Numbered from the stretch's first letter, positions 9,276-20,383 are shown. The stretch: 64,000 nucleotides of DNA from Candidatus Cloacimonadales bacterium (GCA_963662585.1 OY759729.1:480001-544000), one strand, 5' to 3'. The notes: generated from the letters alone by a model not told the origin. Numbers and translations: made by a program.

Positions 9276-10554
9276 AGTTCTCTACTTGGTTTAATATGTT
9301 TAATTGTACAAACTCAATTCTCTGTCCATTGATTGAAGTTATAGTGAATTTAGCTAAACTTTCAATTTCAAAAGTTTCACCTTCACTTGGAATATGGTTA
9401 AATTCTGAAAGAAGGTAATCCGCTAAATTATCATACTCTTCTGAATCGATATCTAATTCAAACTTCTCATTAATTTCAGAAATACTGAGTTTACCAGATA
9501 AAATATAGACATTTTCTGATATTTCATCAATTTCTTTAGGTTCGTCAGCATCATATTCATCTAAAATATCGCCAACTAACTCTTCTAATATATCCTCTAA
9601 AGTAACTAATCCAGCAGTTCCACCATATTCATCAACAACAATTGCGATTTGCATTTTATTGGTTTGGAAATGGTTAAACAAGACTTGAATTTTAGCATTT
9701 TCAGTGATAAAGAAAGCAGGTCTTTTAAGTTCTTTAATATTACTATAACCATTATTAAGAATAAGGTCTTTAACATTTATGATACCAGTTATATTATCAA
9801 TATTTTCACTATAGACAGGAATACGAGAGTAACCAAATTCTCTAATTTTCTTCTTCAATTCTTCTATTGATTCATTTTCTTCTACAGCTACAATATCTAC
9901 TCTAGGCATAATAATTTCTCTTACTTCAGTAGAAGAGAACCTAAATATACCAGCGATAATCTCTTTTTCATTATCTTCTAGGGGATGATCTGCAGATTCA
10001 GATTTCACTAAATTCTTAAAATCCTCTGTAGTAATTTTATAGCTCTCTTTAGTAGAAATAACATTCTTCTTAGAGATGAGATTAATTATAATTTCAATTG
10101 GTTTTAAAATAGGGTAAAGAATATAACTTAAGGGTAAAAGGAAAATACTTGCAAATCCTGCAAATTTTTCACTATTTCCGAAAGCAAAGAGTTTAGGGAT
10201 AATTTCACCCATTGTGAGCAGAGCAATAGCTGTTATAACGATCTGAATAGCAATCAAGATTGGACTTGTGCTATTTGCAAACCAGTGATAAGTTTGATTT
10301 AATTCAATAGCTAAAATTGTTGAAATAGAAGAAACAGCAATATTTATTAAGGTATTGCATAGCAATATCATAATTAATAGATAAGTTGGTTTTCCTAAAA
10401 GTTTTATGATTCTCTTAGAACCGTTTTTTTTATTACTCTCTAATTTCTTAATCTGTAATTTATTAATCGAGAAAAATGCTGTCTCTGAACCTGAAAAAAA
10501 AGCTGATAATACTAATAACAATAGTAATGCCAGATATGGAAGCGAGTCGTCCAC
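9268..10554 (-). CDS. Hemolysin/CNNM family protein (DUF21-CBS-CorC, GldE/TlyC-like)
   Basis: SAFFSGSETAFFS, GEIIPK, YSRIPVY, VVDEYGGTAGLVTLEDILEELVG. Confidence 0.92.
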   Translation of the reverse strand: MDDSLPYLALLLLLVLSAFFSGSETAFFSINKLQIKKLESNKKNGSKRIIKLLGKPTYLLIMILLCNTLINIAVSSISTILAIELNQTYHWFANSTSPILIAIQIVITAIALLTMGEIIPKLFAFGNSEKFAGFASIFLLPLSYILYPILKPIEIIINLISKKNVISTKESYKITTEDFKNLVKSESADHPLEDNEKEIIAGIFRFSSTEVREIIMPRVDIVAVEENESIEELKKKIREFGYSRIPVYSENIDNITGIINVKDLILNNGYSNIKELKRPAFFITENAKIQVLFNHFQTNKMQIAIVVDEYGGTAGLVTLEDILEELVGDILDEYDADEPKEIDEISENVYILSGKLSISEINEKFELDIDSEEYDNLADYLLSEFNHIPSEGETFEIESLAKFTITSINGQRIEFVQLNILNQVENYE

Positions 10555-10556
10555 TA

Positions 10557-10973
10557 TTAAAGTATCTCCTTTTTAATTAAAATAATATATTCTTTCTCTT
10601 TACTCTCCATGATTAACTTATCTTTTTTTGATAAGTGATCATAACCTAACAAGTGAAGTAAGCCATGAATAAATAATACAGCTACTTCATAATCTAAACT
10701 ATTCATTCCTCTCTGTTTTTCTGCAACAGAAAGGTCAATTACGATATCACCATAAGTAGGTAAAAATGCTAGGTCAGAAGCAAAAGAGATAACATCAGTT
10801 TCGGAGTCTTTCCCCCTAAACTTTTTATTATATTCCCTAATTCTTCCCTGATCCAAGAGAAGTAAAGATACATCTTTCTCTTCCTTGGATTCCTTTTCTA
10901 ATAAGCTTTTATAGATATAGGTAAGCCTATCTTCTAGTACATTTATATTAGTTTGATTATCAATATCAAGCAT
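10557..10973 (-). CDS. ybeY: rRNA maturation endoribonuclease YbeY
   Basis: TDVISF and HGLLHLLGYDH signature. Confidence 0.95.
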   Translation of the reverse strand: MLDIDNQTNINVLEDRLTYIYKSLLEKESKEEKDVSLLLLDQGRIREYNKKFRGKDSETDVISFASDLAFLPTYGDIVIDLSVAEKQRGMNSLDYEVAVLFIHGLLHLLGYDHLSKKDKLIMESKEKEYIILIKKEIL

Positions 10974-11097
10974 TATTACCTCATAAATGTGATTTTTTTA
11001 TTTATCTTAGATTAGTCAAGCATTTTATTGTAACCAATTGACAGAAGAGCCAAAAGTGATAGGTAATAGCTAATCTAAAGAAGCTTTTTTAGATGCC

Positions 11098-11129
11098 AAA
11101 AGAGACTCACCAAAGTTCAGTAAGTCTCT
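11098..11129 (-). terminator. Probable terminator of the FadL-like gene
   Basis: AGAGACT...AGTCTCT stem with T-run on the minus strand. Confidence 0.5.
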
Positions 11130-11152
11130 ATTTATTTATCTATTTGTATTGA

Positions 11153-12463
11153 CTAGAAGGTATATTTAAGTCCTACTGTGTATGAGAATAAGTCCATTTG
11201 GTGAGTACCAGGCATATTATGACCAGAGGCTGTTACTTCTCTCTCTTCACCAAAGTAATATTCAAGAGCTAAATCAAGAGTAACGCCACTATAAGTATAT
11301 CCACCACCAAAAGTGACATTATGATTAGTTGAAGAAGGGAAAAGAATATTTACAGTTTTATCAGGAGCAGGAGCTGGGTCATAGAAATATCCTGCTCTTA
11401 AAGCAAAAGCATCAGTAGCCATAAATTCAGTACCAAATCTAATTTGAACAGCATCATCCCATTCCATTGGAGTTAAAAGGTTTTCAGTTCCTTCTTCCAT
11501 GATAATTTGAGAGACCATTTGATCATAAGTGCTCCAACGAGTTAATTGAGCATCTAAGTTAAAAGTCCATCTATTAGTTGCTTTCCATGAAGTACCTAAT
11601 CCTATCCAGAAAGGTAATTCAAAATCTCTTCTTACATATAGTTCATCTTTTGTAGTACCATCTTCATTAGCTATTGGTTTATTGGAGAATTCCGCTTCAC
11701 CTGAAAGAGCGACTACTGAAGGTGAACGATAAGTAAGACCTATTGAGAAATTATCAAGAGGAGCATATTGAATACCAAAGCCGAAACTTGTTCCGCTACC
11801 AGAAACATCTTCTTTGTATTGTGTATCTAGCATACCTTGGGCATCAGGGGTTAATTCATTAGTAAAGTTGTTTATTCTATTCTCTCCACGCTCAAGTTTC
11901 ATTGAACCGTGATGAATATTTACAGTGAATCCAACATTAAATTTATCAGTAACTTGATAAGCAGCTGAGGAACTTAAAGTAATCATAGAAATCTCTGAGT
12001 ACCAGTCAAATTCTTTACCGTAAGAATTATTATTCAAAATCATACCAGGAGCAGGTTCATAAGTTGCGGGTCCATTAAAAGCTAATAAATCAGCTCCGTC
12101 CCATTCTGCACCAAGTCCGTGAGGTACGAAAAAGCCGAAACCCCAAGCAAATCTATCACTAGAATAATTTGTGAATATATGTGGGGACATAAAATGAACA
12201 TCATCCGCTTCTGTGTCTATAGCATAAGCATCATTTTGATAAGATGGATACAAGTAAACATCAACCATGGCTGCACTAAAGGAAGCTTTCTGTCCGATTA
12301 AACCAGCAGGATTCCAATAAACAGCAGTAGCATCATCTGCTTGACCAATAAAGGCACCACCCATAGCCGCGGCTTTGGGACCGATACTATTTAAGCTTAT
12401 TCCGTTTCCACAAAGAGCAACAATTAAAGTTAATAAGACAAGTGTAATTAGACTTTTTTTCAT
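11153..12463 (-). CDS. OmpP1/FadL family outer-membrane transporter
   Basis: Signal peptide, AMGGAFIGQADDATAVYWNPAGL hatch motif, terminal YTF. Confidence 0.9.
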   Translation of the reverse strand: MKKSLITLVLLTLIVALCGNGISLNSIGPKAAAMGGAFIGQADDATAVYWNPAGLIGQKASFSAAMVDVYLYPSYQNDAYAIDTEADDVHFMSPHIFTNYSSDRFAWGFGFFVPHGLGAEWDGADLLAFNGPATYEPAPGMILNNNSYGKEFDWYSEISMITLSSSAAYQVTDKFNVGFTVNIHHGSMKLERGENRINNFTNELTPDAQGMLDTQYKEDVSGSGTSFGFGIQYAPLDNFSIGLTYRSPSVVALSGEAEFSNKPIANEDGTTKDELYVRRDFELPFWIGLGTSWKATNRWTFNLDAQLTRWSTYDQMVSQIIMEEGTENLLTPMEWDDAVQIRFGTEFMATDAFALRAGYFYDPAPAPDKTVNILFPSSTNHNVTFGGGYTYSGVTLDLALEYYFGEEREVTASGHNMPGTHQMDLFSYTVGLKYTF

Positions 12464-12672
12464 AAGATCTCCATATTATTTTTAGTATTTTTACTTATTA
12501 ATACTAAAATGAACCTTATTCATTTTTCAGTCAATCTTTTTTTATCTATTATAATAATTATTTATTTTAAGCTATATCAAAGTAACTCATTAAGAATAGT
12601 TTGGAAAATCTAAAAAGATTGTATTTTTTTTGTAAATATGCTTGTATCTTTGCTGTTTTTTTTACTAATCAT

Positions 12673-12700
12673 AAAAAGAGGGACTTGCTAAGAAGTCCCT
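12673..12700 (-). terminator. Terminator of the M3 peptidase gene
   Basis: AGGGACTT...AAGTCCCT stem, then CTTTTT on the minus strand. Confidence 0.7.
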
Positions 12701-12725
12701 AATCTATCTATATTTATTTATATCT

Positions 12726-14768
12726 TTATTTTTTTAATCCATCTCTTCTGAGCATTGCATCTGGATCTGGTCTTCTACCTCTGAATTTTATGAAAAGATC
12801 CATTGGGTGTTCAGAGTTTCCTTTAGAAAGAATATTATCTCTGAATGACTTAGCAGTCTCTTTATTGAAGATACCATCTTCCTTGAATTTTGAGAAAGCA
12901 TCTGCATCAAGAACTTCAGCCCATTTGTAGGAATAGTAACCTGATGAGTAGCCACCGTGGAAGATATGAGCAAAGGAGCAAGAAGTATTAACACAATCAA
13001 CTCTTGGATAAAGTCTGGTTATTTCTGTAACTTCTTGTTCAAACTTAGCAACATCTTCAACATTTGAAGGGTCTGCAGCATGCCAAGCCATATCGATTAA
13101 ACCAAGAGAAACCTGTCTAACATTAAAGGTACCTTTGTTAAAAGTTTCTGCTTTTTTAACTTTGTTAACTAGTTCTTCAGGGATAAGTTCACCTGTTTCA
13201 TAGTGATGAGCAAAAAGTTTTAAGGTATCCATTTCTAAAACCCAGTTTTCCATGATTTGAGAAGGTAATTCTACGAAATCCCAATACACATTAGGACTTG
13301 CTAATGATTTATAATGAACATCTGAGAGAAGACCGTGTAAAGCATGACCAAATTCATGGAAGATAGTTGTTACTTCATCAAGAGAGAGAAGAGAAGGTTT
13401 ATCTTCTGAAGGAGGAGTTAAACTGCCAACAACAGAGATGAAAGGTCTTTTAACTTCACCTTGTTGGAAGCCTTGAGAACGATAACCTGTCATCCAAGCT
13501 CCTGCTCTTTTTGTATCTCTAGGATAGAAATCAACATAGAAAAGTCCCATATATCTACCATCTTCTTCTTGAGTAACTTCAAATACTCTAACATCTTTGT
13601 GATATTTAGGAAGATCAGCATGTTCAGTGAATTTTAAACCGTATAATTTATTAGCAACAGTGAAAATACCATCGATAACATTTTCTGCTTTGAAGTAAGG
13701 TCTTAACTCTTCTGAATCAAAATCAAATTTTTTCTTTTTAAGAATTTCTGAATAATATGATACATCCCAAGGCATAAGAACATCAATACCATCTTCTTTA
13801 GCCAAGGCTTCAATTTCTTTAACTTCATTTTTTGCAGCTGGTAAGGCTACAGCAAGAATTTGTTCTAAGAAATCTTTAACTGTTTCTGGATTCTCTGCCA
13901 TTCTTTCTTCAAGAGTAAAGTTTGCGTGTGTCTCATAGCCTAGTAATTGAGCTCTTTTAAATCTAAGTAATGCTATTTGCTTTACTAATTCTTGATTATC
14001 AAATTCATCACGGAAAGCTCTTGAGCCCCATGCTTTACTGAATTTTTCTCTTAGCTCTCTGTTTTTACCATATTGAAGGATTGGCATAAAAAGTGATGGT
14101 TGAAGTATGAATAACCATTTACCCTCATGACCTTTCTGTTTTGCCATGAAAGCTGCTTGGGCTTTAGCATTTGCTGGAAGACCTTCTAATTCAGCTTCAT
14201 CTTCAACGATATATTCAAATTTATTTGTAGAGTTTAGGATGTTTTGAGAGTATTGTGGACCTAATTTAGACATTTCCATATTGATTTTCATCAATTCTTG
14301 TTTTTTATCTTCAGGTAAAAGAGCACCATTACGGATAAATGATTTATAAGTTTTCTCTAATAATCTTGTTTGTTCTGGGTTTAAGTTCTCTTCGCTTTGA
14401 TGATCATAAACATATTTAAGCTTTTCAAACATTTTTGGATTCATCATTGTCTCATTACCAAATTCAGCTAATTTCTGAGAAATTTCACCAGCTAAAGCTG
14501 AGAATTCTTTATCAGCATTACAACTTAGTAAATTAAAATAGATGCTTGTGATATAATCTAACTCAACTCCTGATTCAGCTTCTATTGTATTAGCGAAATT
14601 TGGTGTTTCTGGACTATCAATAAATTCTTGAAACTCCTTTCTAGCGATTTCTAAAGCCCAATCGATTGCAGGCATGAAGTGTTCTGTTTTGAATTGATCA
14701 AAAGGAATTGCTTCGAATTTCGAGTATCTTTCCCCAGTCATTAAAGGATTCTTTTTTTGTTCAGACAT
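12726..14768 (-). CDS. dcp: M3 family metallopeptidase (peptidyl-dipeptidase Dcp/oligopeptidase A)
   Basis: FHEFGHALH, WDFVELPSQIMENW, FAHIFHGGYSSGYYSYKWAE. Confidence 0.92.
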   Translation of the reverse strand: MSEQKKNPLMTGERYSKFEAIPFDQFKTEHFMPAIDWALEIARKEFQEFIDSPETPNFANTIEAESGVELDYITSIYFNLLSCNADKEFSALAGEISQKLAEFGNETMMNPKMFEKLKYVYDHQSEENLNPEQTRLLEKTYKSFIRNGALLPEDKKQELMKINMEMSKLGPQYSQNILNSTNKFEYIVEDEAELEGLPANAKAQAAFMAKQKGHEGKWLFILQPSLFMPILQYGKNRELREKFSKAWGSRAFRDEFDNQELVKQIALLRFKRAQLLGYETHANFTLEERMAENPETVKDFLEQILAVALPAAKNEVKEIEALAKEDGIDVLMPWDVSYYSEILKKKKFDFDSEELRPYFKAENVIDGIFTVANKLYGLKFTEHADLPKYHKDVRVFEVTQEEDGRYMGLFYVDFYPRDTKRAGAWMTGYRSQGFQQGEVKRPFISVVGSLTPPSEDKPSLLSLDEVTTIFHEFGHALHGLLSDVHYKSLASPNVYWDFVELPSQIMENWVLEMDTLKLFAHHYETGELIPEELVNKVKKAETFNKGTFNVRQVSLGLIDMAWHAADPSNVEDVAKFEQEVTEITRLYPRVDCVNTSCSFAHIFHGGYSSGYYSYKWAEVLDADAFSKFKEDGIFNKETAKSFRDNILSKGNSEHPMDLFIKFRGRRPDPDAMLRRDGLKK

Positions 14769-14978
14769 ATTTTTCTCCTCTGAATAATTATTAATTTACG
14801 ACAAAATAATTGATTAATACTAATTGTCAATAATAATTTATCTACCTAGGGTTTAATTGTGTTTATCTATGTTTAAATAAAGGATTTTTTCACTCATTAT
14901 TTTTTTTCTAATTATTGTTTTGACAAATATTATCTTCTAACTTTTTTGGAGTTTCAAAATAAATATTTGGGAGAAACC

Positions 14979-15532
14979 TTGGAAAAAACGATTAAAGCAA
15001 ACCCGGCACCAATTGGCTTAATAGGCTTTGAATGACTACTATACTTTTAAATATTCATAATGCTGGATTCTTTCCTCTTGATGTTGTAATTATGGCAATG
15101 GGCTTAACTATTGGTGGACTTGCTCAGATTATTGCGGGTATTTTAGAGTACAACAACAATAAGACCTTCGGAACTGTAGCTTTTGTAGCTTATGGATTCT
15201 TTTGGCTTTCATTAGTCTTAATTTGGACATTACCTAAAATGGGATTAGGTCAAGCTCATTCACCTTTATCTCTTGGATTCTATCTCCTCCTCTGGGGTAT
15301 TTTTACTCTGGGTATGTTCATTGGCACTTTCCGTTCAGTAACAGTCTCTAAATTAGTTTTTGGAACTCTCTTTATCCTCTTTATGCTCCTTGCTATTGCT
15401 AACTTCACTGGAAGTCACCTCATTCACACTATTGCAGGCTATGAAGGTATCCTTTGTGGTTCTTTAGCCATGTATGAAGCAATAGCTCAAGTTGTTAATG
15501 AATCATTAGGAAGAAAAGTTTTACCACTATAA
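14979..15532 (+). pseudogene. satP: Acetate uptake transporter SatP (GPR1/FUN34/YaaH) with a 1-nt frameshift near 15030
   Basis: TTG start after GGAGA reads MEKTIKANPAPIGLIGF then stops; the family continuation MTTILLN is in another frame (TTT GA ATG where TTT GGA ATG is expected). Confidence 0.8.
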
Positions 15533-15554
15533 ATTATATATTATTAGTGAAAGG

Positions 15555-15588
15555 AAAATTATCCCCCTCAGTGAAGGGGGATTTTTTT
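15555..15588 (+). terminator. Terminator of satP
   Basis: ATCCCCCT cagtga AGGGGGAT followed by a T-run. Confidence 0.85.
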
Positions 15589-15806
15589 GGTTCTTAGCTA
15601 GAGCTTCGAACCACTATTGGTGTGTATCAGTAACAGTGTCTTGCGACCACTGCCTATTAGATGCTATCCCAACAGGATTTAAGAGCTTCATTCTTTGCTT
15701 TTCTTAACTTTTAATTACTTCTCCTTCTCCCCGTCTTTTCTGAAAAGTTAAATATATATTGCCATATTTTCTTGTTTAAAATAGTTGGCTTTAGAGGAAT
15801 ATAAAA

Positions 15807-17042
15807 ATGAATAGGAAGAATGTATATCAATCAACAGTAACAATGCTCTTGTTATCAGCTCTATTTAATGGAGTCTTTAATGGTTTTACTGGAATTCAAG
15901 ACATCATAGCCCGGAAAGCTTTTAATGCCTTAGATTGGCAGTTAATGGTCTTAACCATGATTTGGCCAGTAACCAACTTTTTATCTATTTGGTGGGGAAA
16001 AATATTAGAAGAAAGTAGTAGCAAAGCTAAGTTCTTTTGGGCTGTTGCTATCTTGGGTAGATTATCACTCTTGTTAGCTTACTTTGTTACATCTATGAAT
16101 ATCTATCTGATAATCTTTGGTTTAGTATCTTTCTTTAATGGGATTCTATCACCAGCTTCCAATTCTATTTATCAGAGTAACTTACCCCATAATCGCTCGA
16201 AAGTTTTCGGTTACACCATGAGCCTGGCATCATTTATGAGTATGATTTTTGCTTGGATATCGGGAAGATATTTAGACTCTTCAGAAGCTAATCTTAAAAT
16301 GATTTTCATCTTTGTATCTCTAGCAGGTTTTATTTCAGCATCAGTCTTGAGTTTTATTAAAATTGATGATAATAAAGTTACCTACCAAAAGAAGATGCCC
16401 AGGAAAGAATTCTTCCTTACTCCCTTGCGAAGAGCTTTTCAATTGCTTAAGACAAATAAACCTTATGCTCATTTCCAAAGAGATTTTACTCTTTACGGCT
16501 TTGGTTTTCTCTCACTTGCTCCAGTAATACCAATCTTTATGGTAGATAATCTCAACTTAAACTATACTCACTCTTTTATTTCTAAAGGTATTTTAGCTCA
16601 AATAGGATTCTTAATTTTATCTCCTATTTTTGGTAAACTTCACGATAATTTCCATCCTTTTAAATTCGCCGGATACTCTTTTGGAGCTATTGCCCTCTTT
16701 CCTCTTCTACTAATTATTACAGGACAATTTACTAATCACTTAATTAGTTTAATCGCCATATATTTTACTTTCTTAGTCTACGGTTTTGCTATGTCGGGTG
16801 TAAACATGGCTTGGAATATGAGCTCTATTCACTTTGCAGGCAATGAAGATGCTTCCATGTATCAAAGTTTGCATATTACTATTACAGGAATAAGAGGACT
16901 TTTTGCTCCTGTACTGGGTATTCTGGCGAAAAATTATCTAGGTATCTATGGTGCCTTCTTTATGTCTTTCTGCTTTTTCGCAACAGCAGCAGTCTTTAGT
17001 TACAGAGATTATAAAGCTTATTCTTCAGGAAGACTGAAATAG
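15807..17042 (+). CDS. MFS transporter
   Basis: 411 aa with about 12 hydrophobic segments in two halves. Confidence 0.8.
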   Translation: MNRKNVYQSTVTMLLLSALFNGVFNGFTGIQDIIARKAFNALDWQLMVLTMIWPVTNFLSIWWGKILEESSSKAKFFWAVAILGRLSLLLAYFVTSMNIYLIIFGLVSFFNGILSPASNSIYQSNLPHNRSKVFGYTMSLASFMSMIFAWISGRYLDSSEANLKMIFIFVSLAGFISASVLSFIKIDDNKVTYQKKMPRKEFFLTPLRRAFQLLKTNKPYAHFQRDFTLYGFGFLSLAPVIPIFMVDNLNLNYTHSFISKGILAQIGFLILSPIFGKLHDNFHPFKFAGYSFGAIALFPLLLIITGQFTNHLISLIAIYFTFLVYGFAMSGVNMAWNMSSIHFAGNEDASMYQSLHITITGIRGLFAPVLGILAKNYLGIYGAFFMSFCFFATAAVFSYRDYKAYSSGRLK

Positions 17043-17450
17043 ATTCTAAACAAATAACAATTTATAGGATACATAATAAAAAGCTCTTTTTTAGCATAAC
17101 TATTTGGAAATATTAAGGGAATCTCAGTTATGACTTTTCCATCTTTGCTTCCTCTTAACTTACTCCTAGTTACTCTTCTCAAATGTTTATTGAACTTAAA
17201 TTGAATTGTATGAGAAGGAGGAAGGGACGATTAAAGGAAGTTAATAATGAGTTCGCTTATAATCACCTATTACAGCCTATAAAGTTAGAATATCTGCAAG
17301 CATTGAAGAAATAATTAACTTCTTGGAATAGTAAATGTATAAAAAAATATTAAGTCCAAATAATGCAATAGAGCTTTGCGAAGAGTACTTAATTCTAAAT
17401 CAAAAACTACTGCATAATCTGGTAAAATAAACTACTAAATTTGAGGAATT

Positions 17451-20075
17451 ATGAAGATTAAAATCATATTTTTACTTTTGTTTATCCTATTAGCTACAAA
17501 TCTATTAGCTTCTGATTCTATTACTGAAAGAATCAACCGTTATTCTGGTATAAATGCCAATTCAATGCACACTTATCTAGATTCTTTAACTGGTTTAAAG
17601 TCCTATTATGCAGACTTTATAATGTCTCACATGAGTGATAATGATTTAGCAGTTATTACACCTGAATATCTTGATGAACATCTCACCTATTCCCTCAAAG
17701 CTCTCGATTTACCTTATGTTTCAGATGTTCCTGAAGAGTATTTCCAACACTTTGTTTTACCTTTAAGAATTTCTCAAGAACCTTTTGAACCTTGGCGTAA
17801 GGAATTTTATGACAAGCTCTATTCAGAAGTCTCTCAAGCCAGAACAATAAATGATGCGATATTGATTGCCGACCTCTATTATCAAGAGGGAATCTACTTC
17901 AGACAAACTTCAGGGAGAGATCAAGCTCCTCTTACTTCTATAAAAAGAGGTTATGGAAGATGTGAAGAGATGATGATTTTACAAATGGCAGTTTTCCGTT
18001 CAATAGGTATTCCCTGCCGTCCTGCCTCAGCTCCCTACTGGAGTTTTACAGACAGTAATCATGTTTGGACAGAAGTATGGACCCCTGAAGGATGGAAAAT
18101 AGTACCTGAAGCCTATCCTGAAAGTTATAGAAAATCATCTTGGGAGATTGATCGAGCTAAGAAAGCTCCTCTCATTACAACTGAAATTTATGGAAGTTTT
18201 GATTCTGCTTTATCATTTGAACAAAATAATTATGACACTAAACTTAACATCACTGATGTCTATGGCACTACAGTAAAAACTTTAGTTACTGTTCTTGATG
18301 AAGACAAGAAGCCTGTAGCTAAGGCAAAGATTCATTATTATGCAACTACTTTTGGCGGTTTATTTCAATTGTACACAACAGAAAGCAATGAGAAAGGTCA
18401 GGCTGAAGTTTACTTTGGAGAGAGCTCACTCTTCGTAACTGCGGGGAAACAAGATAAAACTGGACATGGTTTTCTTAATACCCTTAATGAAATTAACTCA
18501 AGCACAATCATTATTTCTCAGAATAATATCATAGACCAAAATGTTGTTTTTAATTTCCCTTTAGACTCCTCTGCAAATAAAGATTTTGGAGTAAGTGAAA
18601 AAAACAAAAAATATTTACAAGACATAACTGATCTTGCTAATAAAAAAAGAGAGGTAAGACTTCTGCAAAATAAAAAAACTCAGCAATTCCTCTCTAATTA
18701 TCCACTTCCACAAGCTAAAGAGAATGAAGAGGAATATCTCAACAAACGAGAAGCCTACCTCAGTAAATGTGAAGAGTTAGCAGGGAATGCAGATAACTGG
18801 CTCTATATTGATTCTAAAATACCCCAATACTCTAATCCAGAAATTACCAGAAAAATTATGATTGATTTAATTATCGATAAAGATATAAAAGATTTAATTG
18901 AATTACCAGATACTACAGCTATCGAAAACCTTCTCTTAACATTAGTCGATAGTAGATTATTCTATAAAGATAAGTATAATTATGAACTTTTTAGAAATAA
19001 TGTTATGAAGGGAGCTTTTGGAGCAAATCCATTTCCTGAGACAGGTTGGCAAAAGAGCATATCTTTAATCACCAAAGATTTAAGGGAAAAAAGTATGAAG
19101 CAAACTGTTGAAAATATTCAACAATGGCTAAAAGAAAATACTATCCTTGATAATAACCCTGTTTGGAGTTATTTTGGTGGTAGCTTGACACCTTGTCAGT
19201 ACTTAAATAAAAAATATCTTTCCCAAAGTCAACAGATTTACCTCCTAACATCCTTCTTACAAACTTCTGGCCTAGCTCTTCGCTGGCAGGGATTCTTAGA
19301 GTATTATAATGGAGAAGAATGGGTTAAAATTCCTACAGATGAAGAGAATGAAGAGAATGATATTCCCCCTGCAGGAGATCCTGTGAAAAAGGAATTTGAA
19401 ATTGTTATTAGTGTTGATGATAAGACTCAAATACCTGAGCCTTATAGCAATTTTTTACTTGCCTCAAACTCTGTTAATGGAGATTTATCTAACACTTGGT
19501 TTGACTTTGAAGAAAAAGAAGGCAAATACATTGTTAAATACTACCAACAACCTGGACAGCAAAACTATATTGAAGGTTATGTTAGGAATATGAATGGTGA
19601 TGCTAACCTTATCATTAAGCCAGTTGATTTATCGACAGAGAAATTAGAACTAAACTTTATCACACCTAAAACAGCTAGTGAAAACAATATTACCTGGTCA
19701 GCTATTACTAAGTCCAAACTTAATGACCTCCTTGCTAGCAAGAATCTTTCAGAGCAAAAGTCAATAGTACTTGTCCTTAACCAAGAAGGGAATGAACCAC
19801 AAGAAAGAATGCTAGAGCAACTAATTAATAAACTCCCTGATTTCACAAATAAGAATATTAATGTACTAGTTTACTCCCAAAATAGAGTAATTCCCGAATT
19901 AGTTAACCTTAACCAAGATAAATTCTTCTATCAATCTGCTTCCAGAATAGTAGAAGAAGATATTTCTTTAGATAACTACCCAGCGATTTTCCTGATGGAT
20001 AAAGGCAATATTATTACCTCTGCCAATGGTTTTGATTTAGGTTTAATAAATTATCTATATCGCTTAGTTGATTAG
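17451..20075 (+). CDS. Secreted transglutaminase-like domain protein
   Basis: Signal peptide; FVLPLRI, GRCEE (catalytic Cys), NHVWTEVW. Confidence 0.85.
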   Translation: MKIKIIFLLLFILLATNLLASDSITERINRYSGINANSMHTYLDSLTGLKSYYADFIMSHMSDNDLAVITPEYLDEHLTYSLKALDLPYVSDVPEEYFQHFVLPLRISQEPFEPWRKEFYDKLYSEVSQARTINDAILIADLYYQEGIYFRQTSGRDQAPLTSIKRGYGRCEEMMILQMAVFRSIGIPCRPASAPYWSFTDSNHVWTEVWTPEGWKIVPEAYPESYRKSSWEIDRAKKAPLITTEIYGSFDSALSFEQNNYDTKLNITDVYGTTVKTLVTVLDEDKKPVAKAKIHYYATTFGGLFQLYTTESNEKGQAEVYFGESSLFVTAGKQDKTGHGFLNTLNEINSSTIIISQNNIIDQNVVFNFPLDSSANKDFGVSEKNKKYLQDITDLANKKREVRLLQNKKTQQFLSNYPLPQAKENEEEYLNKREAYLSKCEELAGNADNWLYIDSKIPQYSNPEITRKIMIDLIIDKDIKDLIELPDTTAIENLLLTLVDSRLFYKDKYNYELFRNNVMKGAFGANPFPETGWQKSISLITKDLREKSMKQTVENIQQWLKENTILDNNPVWSYFGGSLTPCQYLNKKYLSQSQQIYLLTSFLQTSGLALRWQGFLEYYNGEEWVKIPTDEENEENDIPPAGDPVKKEFEIVISVDDKTQIPEPYSNFLLASNSVNGDLSNTWFDFEEKEGKYIVKYYQQPGQQNYIEGYVRNMNGDANLIIKPVDLSTEKLELNFITPKTASENNITWSAITKSKLNDLLASKNLSEQKSIVLVLNQEGNEPQERMLEQLINKLPDFTNKNINVLVYSQNRVIPELVNLNQDKFFYQSASRIVEEDISLDNYPAIFLMDKGNIITSANGFDLGLINYLYRLVD

Positions 20076-20133
20076 ATATTAAGATTTTGCGAGTATTACT
20101 CAATAGTATTTAGCTGTTGAGTATGCTTTTTTA

Positions 20134-20161
20134 TTGACATAATAAGTAAAGTTAATAATTT
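20134..20161 (+). promoter_or_regulatory. Sigma70-like promoter of tRNA-Ser
   Basis: TTGACA 41 nt upstream of the tRNA with an AT-rich -10 region. Confidence 0.55.
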
Positions 20162-20174
20162 GACTTTACTTGCT

Positions 20175-20264
20175 GGAGATGTGTCCGAGCGGTTTAAGGA
20201 GCACGGTTGGAAACCGTGTATAGGTGCAAGCTTATCTAGAGTTCGAATCTCTACATCTCCGCCA
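20175..20264 (+). tRNA. tRNA-Ser(GGA)
   Basis: GGAGATG/CATCTCC acceptor stem, anticodon arm CACGG-TTGGAAA-CCGTG, long variable arm, TTCGAAT T-loop, encoded CCA. Confidence 0.97.
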
Positions 20265-20383
20265 TTTTTTTAAAATTAATTACTTAATAAAATAATTTGC
20301 AGAAGATATTCAAATTAATCAGAAAATTACTAAATACATTATTATTTACTATCAGAACAATCAAAAAGAGATGATGAGGTTTA

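Noticed and set aside
11153..12463. PorV (T9SS shuttle) assignment
   Set aside because: Length and motifs fit ordinary FadL/OmpP1; PorV cannot be supported without an HMM search.
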